From the NCBI GenBank assembly GCA_963781885.1, contig CAWAHW010000002.1:32001-96000 (forward strand): 64,000 nucleotides of DNA, read 5' to 3'. This DNA is from an uncultured Spirochaetota bacterium. Its GTDB lineage: Bacteria > Spirochaetota > Spirochaetia > SZUA-6 > Fen-1364. Below the pieces are notes generated by a model, which was given only the letters and a program-made list of their open reading frames with translations, did not search any database and was not told the DNA's origin. Of the stretch, positions 51,365-61,471 are shown one piece after another (the first letter of the stretch is position 1; every line of letters starts with the position of its first letter). Position numbers and translations under genes: made by a program.

Positions 51365-52962
51365 ATGGCAACGACGGAAGACCGAAGCCTTGACAGTCTC
51401 ATCAGTGCGTCGGAAGACCTCATCCGGGACCTCGGGGGAGGGGCTTCCGCGGTCGGCGCGGCGAGCGGGCTCAACGAACGCGTCGTGCGGGAGATCGAAC
51501 AGCAGCTCACGGTTCCTCTGGAAAGCTTCACGGAGCCCGCGACGGACGGCCGGGTGGAATTGTCCGTCGCCAAGGACGAAATGCTCGTCCTTGGGAGCTT
51601 CCAGCCGCCAACGGGGGACGGGAAGCCCCTGCTCCTGGAGACGGTCCAGCAGGCAATCGAAAACGCGCGGATCACCGTCGGGGTGGACTGGGCAGGAATC
51701 AAGGGCTGCCTGGAGACATGCAACGAGCAGCGGACCGATATTCGCGACATGGTCATTGCGCGCGGAAAAGCGCCGGTCGATGAGGTTCCGCCTTTCCTGG
51801 TGCTTTCCCCCCGACTGGCATCCCCGGAGAAAAAAGAAGAGCCCGCGGGCGCGCGCGTCGATTTCAAGGAGCTCTCACTTTTTACCCTGGTGGCAAAGGG
51901 GGAGGAGCTCGCGGAGCTCATGCCGAAACAGGACGGCGCGATGGGGACCACCGTGCGCGGCAGCGCCGTCGCGTTCGGCAAGCAGCGGAATCCGTATCCG
52001 CGGCCGGGAAAGAACACCGCCTGGGACAAAGGCAGAGTCATTGCCCAGTGCGCGGGCAGATTCCAGCTCAACCCGGACAGCTTCTGGGTCGACGAGGTCC
52101 TGGACATTCTGGGTGACATCGATCTGCGGGTGGGGAACGTCGATTTTCCCGGCGACGTGGTTATCCGCGGAGAAATCCGCGATGGCTTCGTGGTGAAAGC
52201 GGGCAAATCGATACTGTGCCGGGGCTGCATCGGGGCGGCGCGCGTGGAATGCGGCGGAGACCTCGTCACCGAGCAGGGGATCGTCGGAAAGGAAAAGGCC
52301 GAGATCCGGGTTGGCGGCGCGGTCGAGGCGAAATTCCTCGAAGGCTGCGCCCTGGACGCCGATGGCCCCGTCCGCGTCCGCACCAGCATCATGAACTGCA
52401 CGATCCACACCAAGGACAGGGTGGAGATGGGCGATCGCGGCATCATCATCGGCGGCATCATCAAGGCGCAGAACGGCGTCGACGCCATCCAAATCGGCAC
52501 GGAGAGAGGGCCGCGGACGGAAATCCATTGCGGGATAGACTTCCGGATCGAGCAGAAGCTCGTATGGATCCGTGACCGCAACATTGCCCTTGCCTTCAAG
52601 CTCCGGGAGATCGAATCGAAGATGAAATCGGGGGCGAAGGCGCAGCAGGTGCTCGGCCCCTTGCGGGAGAAGGTCAAGGCGGCGATCCACCAGCTGAATG
52701 AAAGCTGCCGCGCCCTTGTCCTCGAGCTCGACATGAACGATGCCGCCCTCGTGTCCGTCCGGGGGACGTCTTTCCCGGCGCCTACATCGAAATCTGCCAT
52801 GTGTCATACTTCATCACGCGTCCCCGGCGTTTTCTTTCTTTTCGCCTGGACAAGGAGAAGGGGAAGGTCGTCGAGATAAAATGGGCGAAGAGCATGGCGG
52901 CGCATCCAGTCGGGAACAACCCTCGCGCGAGCCTGCCGGCGGCAGGAGCCGGGGCCTCTTGA
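51365..52962 (+). CDS. FapA/DUF342 family protein; frameshift near 52765
   Basis: VIARGKAPVD, GAMGTTVRG, GDIDLRVGNVDFPGDVVIRG and IIGGII. The shifted frame continues VFPGAYIEIC...RLDKEKG. Confidence 0.85.
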
Positions 52963-53020
52963 AGTCGAGGAGCGCATATTGTTCAATAATGCTGTACCTT
53001 TGGTAGGGGAGGTGCTCTGC

Positions 53021-53368
53021 GTGGCCAAGTCCATCCTGGTGATCGACGATGAGACAATGATCCTGGACGCGATCAAGATCATCTTCGAGGACATGGGTCA
53101 TACCGTGCAGACGACCCCGGACCCGATCCATGGCACCGAGGTGGCCATCGCCCAGGATTTCGATCTGATCCTCACCGACATCCGCATGCCGGTGCGCAAT
53201 GGCGCCGAGATCACAGAAGCAGTGCTTGCGAAGAAGCCTCACGCGCGCATCCTCGTGATCACCGCGTATCCCAACGATCCCCTCGCGGAACGCGCCATCG
53301 GTTCGGGGGCGATCGGGCTGCTGAAGAAGCCGTTCGAGATCGCCAAGATCCTGGATTTTCTGGGCTAG
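53021..53368 (+). CDS. single-domain response regulator, paralog of 51008-51355
   Basis: AKSILVIDDETMILDAIKIIFEDMG...KKPFEIAKILDFL, with SD GGAGG. Confidence 0.92.
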   Translation: MAKSILVIDDETMILDAIKIIFEDMGHTVQTTPDPIHGTEVAIAQDFDLILTDIRMPVRNGAEITEAVLAKKPHARILVITAYPNDPLAERAIGSGAIGLLKKPFEIAKILDFLG

Positions 53369-55741
53369 TCGGCCGCCGGCGCGGCGGCGGGCGGCATGAT
53401 GACGCGGAACGTCGTGCCCACGCCCGCGATGCTCTGCACGTCCATCCATCCGCCGTATTCGGAGACCTTCGCGCTGCCGATGGCAAGACTCAGGCCGACT
53501 CCCTTCAGGCGCTGCTGGGGCGACCCGTGCGCCGCCCACTCACCCTTGCGGGAGAAGAAGGGCGTGAAGACCCGGGGCAGGTCTTCTTCCTCGATGCCGC
53601 AGCCGGTGTCCTTCACTTCGACCAAAGCGCCTTCGCGCGCATTGCCCTGTCCGGAGGATCACCTTGCGCACGGGTCGATCAAGAAGCGCGTCCAGGGCAT
53701 TGCCGATCAGGCCTTCCAGCACCCAGGTAAGCCGGGTCTCGTTGGCGTTCACGACCGCCGTCTCCGCAAGGTCCAGCACGAGCTCCACCCCGGCCTCGCG
53801 GAACCGTGTCTCGGCGCGCGCGGCAACGGCGCGCGTCATGACGTCCAGCCGCACGGCGTGCGGCGCCTCACCGACGGGTTCGGTGAGGGCGAGCAGGCGA
53901 TCCGTGATGTCCACGGCCTTCTGCACCCCCGCCGCGGCGGATCGCACGTAGCCGCGAAGCGCGGCCGGCAGCTCCGGCGCAGTGCCCAGCATGTCGAGAT
54001 AGCCGCAGACGACGGTGTTGATGTTGTTGAATTGATGCCCGACGCCGCCGGCGAGCGTCGCGAGATTCTCCAGGCGCTGCACCCTGTTCAACCTGGCCTG
54101 GAGCGCTTTCTGCGCCGTCACGTCGCGGGCGACCGACGCCATGCCGGTCTGCCGTCCCTGTGCGTCGCGGGTCGCCGCGAGCGTGAGGGAGACGACGATC
54201 CGCGCCCCATCCTTGCGCAGGCGCGACGTTTCGAAGTGTGTCACCTGCTCGCCGCGGGCGAGCTTTTCCCGGATGACGCGCGCCTCGTCTTCCAGGTCGG
54301 GGGGAATCAGGATCGACGTCGGCTGTCCGATGATCTCCTCCGCGGTGTAGCCATAGACCCTCTCCGCACCTTTGTTCCACACGTTGATGGTGCGGTCGAT
54401 GTCGATGCCGACGATCGCGTCCTCCGCCGCTTCCACGAGCGCCGCCAGCTGCTGGTTTCTTTCCTCCAGCCGCTTTCGCTTCGTGATGTCGTGCGAAATG
54501 CCGAATGTCCCGACGACGGCCCCTGCCGCGTCGCGCAGCGGCATCTTCGACGTGATGACCCAGCCGTCGGGCCGGTCTGGATAGGTCTCGTGCTCCTCCA
54601 TGTCGACCATCGGGAGGCCCGTCTGCATGATCTGGAGCTCGTGCGCGCGCGCCTCCCGCGCATGGTCGGCGCTGTAGAAATCGGCGTCCGTTCCGCCGAC
54701 GAGCGCGGCCGCGTCGCGCACATCGAGGGCCTGCGCGAGCGATCGGCTCGTGCGGATGAACCTGCTTTCCGCGTCCTTGAAATAGATGTGGTCGGGGAGG
54801 TTGTCCATCAACAGCGTGAACAGCGACCGTTCCCACGCCAGGTCCCGCTCGATGCGGCGCCGCTCCGTCACGTCGCGCCCGAAGCCGATGATGCCGACGA
54901 CGGCGCCGGACGCGTCCCGCCGGGGTATCTTCACCGCGTCGAAGTACCGGATCTCCCCGCCGACATTCGACGGCACACCCGACGCGTGCACCGTCTGTCC
55001 GGCAAGGGCCGCGAGGTCGTCCTTTTCCCAGCCGGCGATGCCCCTGGCGGGGTTTCCCTTCACGAGCTCGGCATCCCACCCGTTCTCGATGTCCGTCCTC
55101 CCATACGTCTCCTCGGGCGTCTTTCCGACGGCGCGCGCGTGCGCGGCATTGCACAGCACCATGCAGAGCGATCGATCCTTCACGAATATCGGGTCAGTGG
55201 TGGAATCGATGACGCCGCGGAGGATGGCCGCCGCCTGCCGCTCCCGCTCCTCTGCTTCCTTTCGCGCCGTTATGTCGATGAGGCTCACGAGCATGCGGGG
55301 CCAGGCGGCGTCCGCGGACGGTATATGCGTCTTCACGATGAGAGACAGCCGCCTGCCCGTGAGGGTCCGCGCGGGCGACTCGAGCTCGAAGTCGCTCACT
55401 CCCTCGTCGATTGCAAAGAGCGTCTCGGTCACCGCCGATCGCGAGACGACATCCAGCGCGCTGGAGAGGGGGCCCAGGAGCTGATCCTTGCTGCGGGCCT
55501 CGAACAGGCCGAGGCTTGCCTTGTTGACGTCGGTGACCGTGACGAGGCTGACGGCTTCCTGGACGAATCCGGGGTGGGCCGCAACGTAGGCGCGGAGATT
55601 GAATCCGGCGTCCCTCCGCAGCACGGCGAGCCGGGCGCGAAGGCGCGAGATGTCCTCCTCCCAGAGAGACACCGCGGAGTGCTCGAAAATGCTGCCGTAC
55701 TTGTCATCCACCGGGCGTGCCGCGGATGAGTTTCGTTTCAC
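53365..55741 (-). CDS. cytoplasmic multi-PAS histidine kinase; frameshift near 53640
   Basis: Four PAS-like repeats, LAGGVGHQFNNI and LIGNALDAL, then in the next frame VKDTGCGI, FTPFFS and GVGLSL. Confidence 0.88.
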
Positions 55742-55767
55742 GCGTTCGCTCCTGTTGGCGCGGCGGT

Positions 55768-57456
55768 TCAGCCGGCGGTGCGCACTTCCGCGAGCGGTAG
55801 GCGCCGATTTTCCTCGAGGATGGAGTCCAGCTCCCCGGTGAGAAGCGGCTTGGAGAAATGGAAACCCTGGAGACCGTCGGCGTCCAGGCGCTTGAGGAGC
55901 TCGAACTGCTGCTCCGTGCCGACCCCCTCCAGCACGACGCGCTTGTGCCGGCTGCGCACAAGAGCCGTGATGTTCGCAAGGTACTCGAAGTCCTCGGGGC
56001 TTCGCATGCATTCGTCCACGAAGAGGCGGTCGATCTTGATCGTGCCGGCCGGCAGGCGCTTCAGCCATCCCAGGGAGGAGCTGCCGGTGCCGAAATCGTC
56101 GATGAAAAGGTCGAAACCCGCGTCCACCAGACGCTGCATCTGCGCCGCGGTCGCCTCTGCATCGATCATGCACTGGCTTTCCGTGATCTCCAGCTTCAGG
56201 CGCTCGGGGGTGGAGAGTCCGGCGCGGCGCAGGGCCGACGCGAGGATTTCCGCAATGTCGGGGCTGGCGAAATCCTCCGCGGAGAGGTTTACCGACACGT
56301 AGAGGCCGTGGCGCGTCGACCAGTGAGAGAGTTGCTCGGCCGCGGCGTAGAGGGCCCACTTGCTGATGGAACGGATGATGCCGGTCTCCTCCGCAAGGGG
56401 GATGAAGCTGCCCGGCTGCACGAGCCCCTTCTGCGGATGGTTCCACCGGATGAGCGCCTCCGCGCCCTTGATCATGCCGTTGCAATCGACGATGGGCTGA
56501 TAGACGAGGTGGAACTGCTCCTTCTCGAAGGCGTGGAGCATGTCGCTTTCCATGACGAGCCTTTCCGAGGCGCGGCGGTGCGTCGCGGGGTTGTAGAAAT
56601 AGTACTCCACGCCCGCGTGCCGGGCCTGGCGCATGGCGGCCCCGGCATTGCGGATCACCGTCTCCGCGTCCTCCCCGTCCTCGGGATAGAAGGCCACGCC
56701 GATGCAGCACCCGATGCGGATGTCACCGTCGGCATGGTGATACGGCATCTTCACCTGCTCGGCGATCTTCTCCGCGACCCGGGCCGCATCGGTGGCGCGC
56801 TTGATGTGCGTGAGGAGGCACGTGAGCTCGTTGCCGACGAAGCGGAAAAGAAAATCCGCCGACCGCAGACATTTCTGGATGCGGAGGCCCGTGTTCTCCA
56901 GCAGGAGGTCGCCGGTCGCGACGCCGAACGTCTCGTTCACCTTGCCCAGATTCTCCACCGAGATGAAGAGCACGGCGCGCAGCTTGTCGGGGGAGCGTTT
57001 GGCCTGCTCGATCTCCTTGTCCAGGATGATGTCCAGCGACTTGCGGTTGAAGAGCCCCGTCGTGGGGTCGCGAAACTCGTAATGGGAGAGCTTCGATTCG
57101 ATCTGGCTGATGTGCGTGATGTCGTGCGAGCAGACCGCCGCGTGCGTGATCGTCCCTTCGGCGTCCCGGTAGGGGGAATAGGTCACGTGCATGTGCTTCT
57201 CGAAGGCGCCGAACTTGAACCGTTCGATGTATTGCACTTCGATGCCGCCGAAGCACGTCTCCAGGTGCCCGCGGATGATGCCTTGGAAGGTCTCCTCGCC
57301 CCAGACGTCCGCGACGCTCCTGCCGACGATCTGGCCGCGGGATTTCTCCATCGCGGTGCAATACGCGTCATTGGCGATTTCGTAGACGAAGTCCCGATTG
57401 ATGAGCGTGATGAAATCGCGCGAATTGTTGACTATGTATTCATACTTATCGCTCAT
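55768..57456 (-). CDS. PAS + degenerate GGDEF + EAL protein (probable c-di-GMP phosphodiesterase)
   Basis: DPTTGLFNR and RFVGNEL in place of RxGGDEF. Intact YQP, EAL, LEITES, IDDFGTG, KID, EGV and QG. Confidence 0.93.
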   Translation of the reverse strand: MSDKYEYIVNNSRDFITLINRDFVYEIANDAYCTAMEKSRGQIVGRSVADVWGEETFQGIIRGHLETCFGGIEVQYIERFKFGAFEKHMHVTYSPYRDAEGTITHAAVCSHDITHISQIESKLSHYEFRDPTTGLFNRKSLDIILDKEIEQAKRSPDKLRAVLFISVENLGKVNETFGVATGDLLLENTGLRIQKCLRSADFLFRFVGNELTCLLTHIKRATDAARVAEKIAEQVKMPYHHADGDIRIGCCIGVAFYPEDGEDAETVIRNAGAAMRQARHAGVEYYFYNPATHRRASERLVMESDMLHAFEKEQFHLVYQPIVDCNGMIKGAEALIRWNHPQKGLVQPGSFIPLAEETGIIRSISKWALYAAAEQLSHWSTRHGLYVSVNLSAEDFASPDIAEILASALRRAGLSTPERLKLEITESQCMIDAEATAAQMQRLVDAGFDLFIDDFGTGSSSLGWLKRLPAGTIKIDRLFVDECMRSPEDFEYLANITALVRSRHKRVVLEGVGTEQQFELLKRLDADGLQGFHFSKPLLTGELDSILEENRRLPLAEVRTAG

Positions 57457-57512
57457 GGCACGTCAGTCTAGTGATCGTCGTTTCACGGGTCAATCGGCGC
57501 CCGGCCGCCCCC

Positions 57513-59951
57513 TTAGAACAAGCCCATCTGTCCACCCGCGGAGAACAGGTCCTCCGTGGAAAGCCCGATGAAGGGGGCGAGCGATTCCACGATCGGCCTC
57601 ACCTGCTTCTGCACGTAGTGCTCGTAGTCAGGCGGCGAGGTGAGCCTGCCCTCCGGCTGCGGGCCGCTCAGGGTCCAGACGTAGCGGATGAGGCCGGTCC
57701 TCTCCTCCGGTGGAAGAAGCGCCGCGGCGCGCGCATGGGGCGGGGAGGATTTCGTGTACGCCTCCACCGGTTTGCGTAGCGATTTGCGATAGACCAGCAT
57801 GTCGTCCCTGCCGCCCGCGCGCAGCTCGCGCAGGAGATCGTGGACGGCCTCTCCCACGCGCGCCGCGCCTGCGTCCCCGAACGCGAGCGCCAGGATGTCG
57901 CGCTGCAGCGCCTGCGCGAGCGGGCTCCAGTCATGGCGCACCGCCTCCATGCCGACGATGTCCAGATGCTCCTTCTCCTCTGCCGGGGGCGTGCCCGGCT
58001 CCACGCGCAGCCCGGCATAGCCCTTGGCCCTGCCCCGCGTCTCAGACTCGTCATCGGTTTCGTCTCCCTGCGTCCTCATGGGCGGCAGGAAGAAGCGCCG
58101 GTAGATCGCCTCGAACTCCAGCTCGAGTCGGGAGGCCACGCCGTATGAATCCCGCGTATACGCCTCAAGGCTCTCGTTCAAGCGTCGCGCCAGGGTGGCG
58201 CCCCGGGACGAGAGCTCGGACGCAGGGGCGTTCGTCTCCGCACCCGAGAGGACGAAAAGCGAATCCGTATCCCCGTAGAGCACCTGGTAGCCCTGCGCCG
58301 TGACCTGGTCGCGCGCCCAGAACAGGATGTGCTGTCCGAAGGTGGTGATCGCGCCCGCAAGCGCGGAGGCGGCGAACCTGCACCCCGGCGTGCCCAACAC
58401 GCCGTAAAAAGAGTTCATCACGATTTTGTACGCGTAGACCGCGCGCTTGTCCCCGCGCCGACGCGCCTCCTCGCGGCTGTCGAAGAACCGGTCGAGGATG
58501 CCGGGAAGGATGCCCGGCGCGCGGTCGAACCGGGCGCCATTCGGCGCGGTGATCGGCGCGCGTTGCGGATCGTGCGCGTCCGCGCCCGTTCCCGGCGGCT
58601 CCGCCTCGATCCGCGTCAACGGATCGATGTTGAAGGTGCGGATGATGGAAGGGTAGAGGCTCTTGAAGTCAAAGACCAGGACATTGGAGAAGAGCCCTGC
58701 CCGCGGCGTGATGATGCCGCCCCCCGGGGCGCGGTCCAGCACGTCCTGGTCGATGCCGAGCGTGGGGGCGACGATCCCCCTTTCGTGAAGGTGCTCCGTG
58801 TAGAGGAACTCGAAGGCCGCCACGCTCGTGGAAGTCTGCTCCAGCATGATTCCGATGAGGAGGGACTTGCGCAGCGCGATGTCCAACAGCCCCTCCTTCT
58901 GGAGGATTTCCAGCGCGAGTCGGGTGTCCTCCAGACAGTACGCGCAGAGGCTTTCGGGGTCGTCCCGGTACAGGCGGATAACCGCGGCGGTGCGGCTCTC
59001 ACCGGGCAGCTCGTCGATCCTTTTTCCCCTGCCCAGCACGCTCTGCGCCGCCGTTTCCAGGCGATAGTCCTCCAGCGCCATGCCCGCCATGCGCACCAGC
59101 CACATGCCGTCGAGCACCTGGCGCCCCGGCACGATGGCCTTGCTGCGGCGCCACCGGGTGATGCCGTCCGTGTCTTCCCGGTCGAGGAAGCTCGCCGCGA
59201 CGTCCGACCTCCCGATATCGAAGGGGACGCCCAGCGCCTGGAAGCGCCGCGCCAGGACGCGAAAATCGAAATCCACCACGTTCCATCCCGTGATGATGTC
59301 CGGGTCGAGCTCCACGAGCCGGTCGCGCAGCGCCCGCAGCATCGCCTCTTCGGTGGAAAAACAGCGCGCCGACGATGCGCCGGATCCGTTGAAGAAGACC
59401 TCGGCGGCTGCGGTCCCGGCGCCGGATGCGCAGAAGACGAGTGCCACGGCGAAGATGGTCGCGGCGCGCGGATCGGTCTCGATGTCCAGTGAGAGCACGC
59501 TGAGGCGCGGCTCCATGAGCGCGGGGCAGAGGAGGGGGTTCTCGTAGACCCTTGCCACGCGCCGTCCCGCGCGCCACTCCCCCTCGATGCCGACCGTCCC
59601 GTGAATGCGCCGATCCATGAGGTACTGGGGGGCCGGCTTGACGTCCGCCTCATAGGTGCGCACGCCCGCATGGTGGAGGACGTCCATGGTTTTCCGACCG
59701 GCCGCCACGGTCGGTGACTCGATGGAGAGCACGGGGGCGCCGTCCATCGTCCTCCTGTCGGATGCCCCCGGCCCCTCCGCTCCGAGGGCTCGCGCCTGTG
59801 CCTCGTCCGATGCCCGGATCCAGAAGCAGGGAGCGCGCCGACGCTCGACCACCGCAAATGTCTCTCCCGATTCGAGCCTGCCGATGAGGTGGATTTCCGT
59901 GCGTCCGGCGTGGGTGCGCTCCGAGGCGTGGAGGATGTAGCCCGTGTCCAC
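57513..59951 (-). CDS. polB: DNA polymerase II (family B)
   Basis: Exonuclease motifs SLDIET, GWNVVDFD and YCLED. Polymerase motifs DFKSLYPSII, KIVMNSFYG and YGDTDS. Confidence 0.93.
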   Translation of the reverse strand: MDTGYILHASERTHAGRTEIHLIGRLESGETFAVVERRRAPCFWIRASDEAQARALGAEGPGASDRRTMDGAPVLSIESPTVAAGRKTMDVLHHAGVRTYEADVKPAPQYLMDRRIHGTVGIEGEWRAGRRVARVYENPLLCPALMEPRLSVLSLDIETDPRAATIFAVALVFCASGAGTAAAEVFFNGSGASSARCFSTEEAMLRALRDRLVELDPDIITGWNVVDFDFRVLARRFQALGVPFDIGRSDVAASFLDREDTDGITRWRRSKAIVPGRQVLDGMWLVRMAGMALEDYRLETAAQSVLGRGKRIDELPGESRTAAVIRLYRDDPESLCAYCLEDTRLALEILQKEGLLDIALRKSLLIGIMLEQTSTSVAAFEFLYTEHLHERGIVAPTLGIDQDVLDRAPGGGIITPRAGLFSNVLVFDFKSLYPSIIRTFNIDPLTRIEAEPPGTGADAHDPQRAPITAPNGARFDRAPGILPGILDRFFDSREEARRRGDKRAVYAYKIVMNSFYGVLGTPGCRFAASALAGAITTFGQHILFWARDQVTAQGYQVLYGDTDSLFVLSGAETNAPASELSSRGATLARRLNESLEAYTRDSYGVASRLELEFEAIYRRFFLPPMRTQGDETDDESETRGRAKGYAGLRVEPGTPPAEEKEHLDIVGMEAVRHDWSPLAQALQRDILALAFGDAGAARVGEAVHDLLRELRAGGRDDMLVYRKSLRKPVEAYTKSSPPHARAAALLPPEERTGLIRYVWTLSGPQPEGRLTSPPDYEHYVQKQVRPIVESLAPFIGLSTEDLFSAGGQMGLF

Positions 59952-59964
59952 GCATCGACTATAG

Positions 59965-59990
59965 CATCTGCACGGTACTCCGTGCAGATG
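59965..59990. repeat. perfect hairpin sharing the CACGG-TACT-CCGTG core of the repeat family
   Basis: CATCTGCACGG-TACT-CCGTGCAGATG forms an 11-bp stem abutting the extended -10 of polB. Confidence 0.75.
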
Positions 59991-60064
59991 AATGCGCCGG
60001 GTACGGTGCAGATGATGATCGGTGCCGCACATACGCGGTGCTTCGACGGTGCTATACTCTTCTC

Positions 60065-60955
60065 ATGCGGAAAGCTCCCATCGCGGCACTTCTCCTGGTT
60101 TCATCTCTCGCCTTCGCCGAACCGGCTGAAGACGCGCTTTCCCGATGGATCACGATCGGCGGTATGAAGATCCACTACCTCGAGACCGGGGACGGCACCG
60201 GCAGCGGCCCGACGCTCCTCATGGTCCATGGGTGGTGCGGCTGCTCAGAGGATTTCCGCCCGCTCATGCTCGCGCTGCCGTCGGACGTGCACGCGATTGC
60301 CGTGGATCTGCCCGGGTGCGGACTGTCCGACAAGCCCGACATCGTTTACGATCTTCCCCTCTTTCTCAACACCCTTGCCGGCTTCTGCGACGCGCGCGGG
60401 CTTTCCCGCGTCGTGCTTATCGGCCACTCCATGGGCGGCCAGATCAGCCTCCATTTCACGGCGCGGTGGCCGCAGCGAGTGGAGAAGCTTGTCCTCATCG
60501 ACCCCTACGGACTGGAGGGCGAGCAGGCGCCGTGGAGGGCCCTCGCGAATATGGGCGGACTGGTCGACCTCGGATTCCTCCTGAACAACCGTCTCTTCAT
60601 CGAGTGGGGCGTCCGGGCGAATGTCGTCTACAAGGGCACGCAGGCAGTCGTGCAGGCGATCGTCGACTCCACCGCGCGCGGCATACTCGGATGGGCGGGA
60701 GCGCGCAGCACTGCGCGGATCACCCGCGGCGTCATCGGCACTGGTGTCGTCAACGACCTGCTTCCCGGCATCCGGCAGCACGCGCTTGTCGTCTGGGGAG
60801 ACCATGACCGAATGCTCGCCCCGCATTGGGCGGAAGACTTCGTGTCGCAGATGGCAGATGCGCGCGGCAGCATGGTGGCCGATACAGGGCACATGCCCAT
60901 GGCGGAGAAGCCCGCGGAGGTCGCCGCTCTTCTGGAGGATTTCCTCAAGGGCTGA
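60065..60955 (+). CDS. alpha/beta fold hydrolase with signal peptide
   Basis: VHGW, VDLPGCGLS, nucleophile GHSMGG, WGDHD and GHMP. Confidence 0.92.
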   Translation: MRKAPIAALLLVSSLAFAEPAEDALSRWITIGGMKIHYLETGDGTGSGPTLLMVHGWCGCSEDFRPLMLALPSDVHAIAVDLPGCGLSDKPDIVYDLPLFLNTLAGFCDARGLSRVVLIGHSMGGQISLHFTARWPQRVEKLVLIDPYGLEGEQAPWRALANMGGLVDLGFLLNNRLFIEWGVRANVVYKGTQAVVQAIVDSTARGILGWAGARSTARITRGVIGTGVVNDLLPGIRQHALVVWGDHDRMLAPHWAEDFVSQMADARGSMVADTGHMPMAEKPAEVAALLEDFLKG

Positions 60956-61469
60956 GCGAAGGCCCCGCCGCGTCGAGATAGGCGAGTATCGTCTGGAGAT
61001 TCCCCGCCGTGTCCTGCTCCGTGTCGATTGTCAGGCAAGGCAGATCGATGCGCGCGAAGCGCGCTTTCACCTCGCGATACAATTTTTCCCCCCGGTCACC
61101 CGCGGGATGCGTTCCCCCGTCCCGTGCGATACGGCCGAGCGCCGTGGGCTCGCTGCACGAGCATTCGACGATCCGGCAGGCCGCGCCGCGCGCGCGGGCC
61201 GCCTCTGAAAGCTCCTGCACCCTGCGCGCGGAGGACAGCGCCATGCCGTCTATCACCACGTCCCTGCCCCGATCCAAAAGGAATCCCGCCGTCGAGACGA
61301 TGAGATCGTCGACCAGCGCTTTTTCCTCCGCGCCGAAATCGGGATGGGCGATGATGCCCGCGCGGAGGCTGTCGCGGTCAAGGACGAGCAGCCCGGGTCG
61401 TGCCGCGACGAGGAGCCGCACGAGGTGCGATTTTCCCGTTCCGGGCAGGCCGCGGAAGACGATCAGCAT
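60945..61469 (-). CDS. P-loop kinase, AAA_33 family
   Basis: N-terminal GLPGTGKS, LDRDSLR and VVIDG. Confidence 0.85.
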   Translation of the reverse strand: MLIVFRGLPGTGKSHLVRLLVAARPGLLVLDRDSLRAGIIAHPDFGAEEKALVDDLIVSTAGFLLDRGRDVVIDGMALSSARRVQELSEAARARGAACRIVECSCSEPTALGRIARDGGTHPAGDRGEKLYREVKARFARIDLPCLTIDTEQDTAGNLQTILAYLDAAGPSLSP

Positions 61470-61471
61470 AC

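Noticed and set aside
70-53645. Programmed frameshifting or mass pseudogenisation (breaks near 72, 583, 1350, 9953, 38403, 38640, 50920, 52765, 53640)
   Set aside because: These are mostly single-base indels with intact motifs on both sides, no in-frame stops and no common slippery motif. Assembly or long-read error is the simplest explanation, though read mapping is needed to confirm it.
55742-56710. N-terminal extension of the PAS kinase in the 1056-aa ORF call
   Set aside because: It overlaps the EAL gene out of frame. PAS homology begins at about 55741.
57513-59951. Family B polymerase as a sign of a prophage, casposon or pipolin
   Set aside because: It looks like cellular Pol II, and no integrase, Cas1, terminal repeats or phage genes are nearby.
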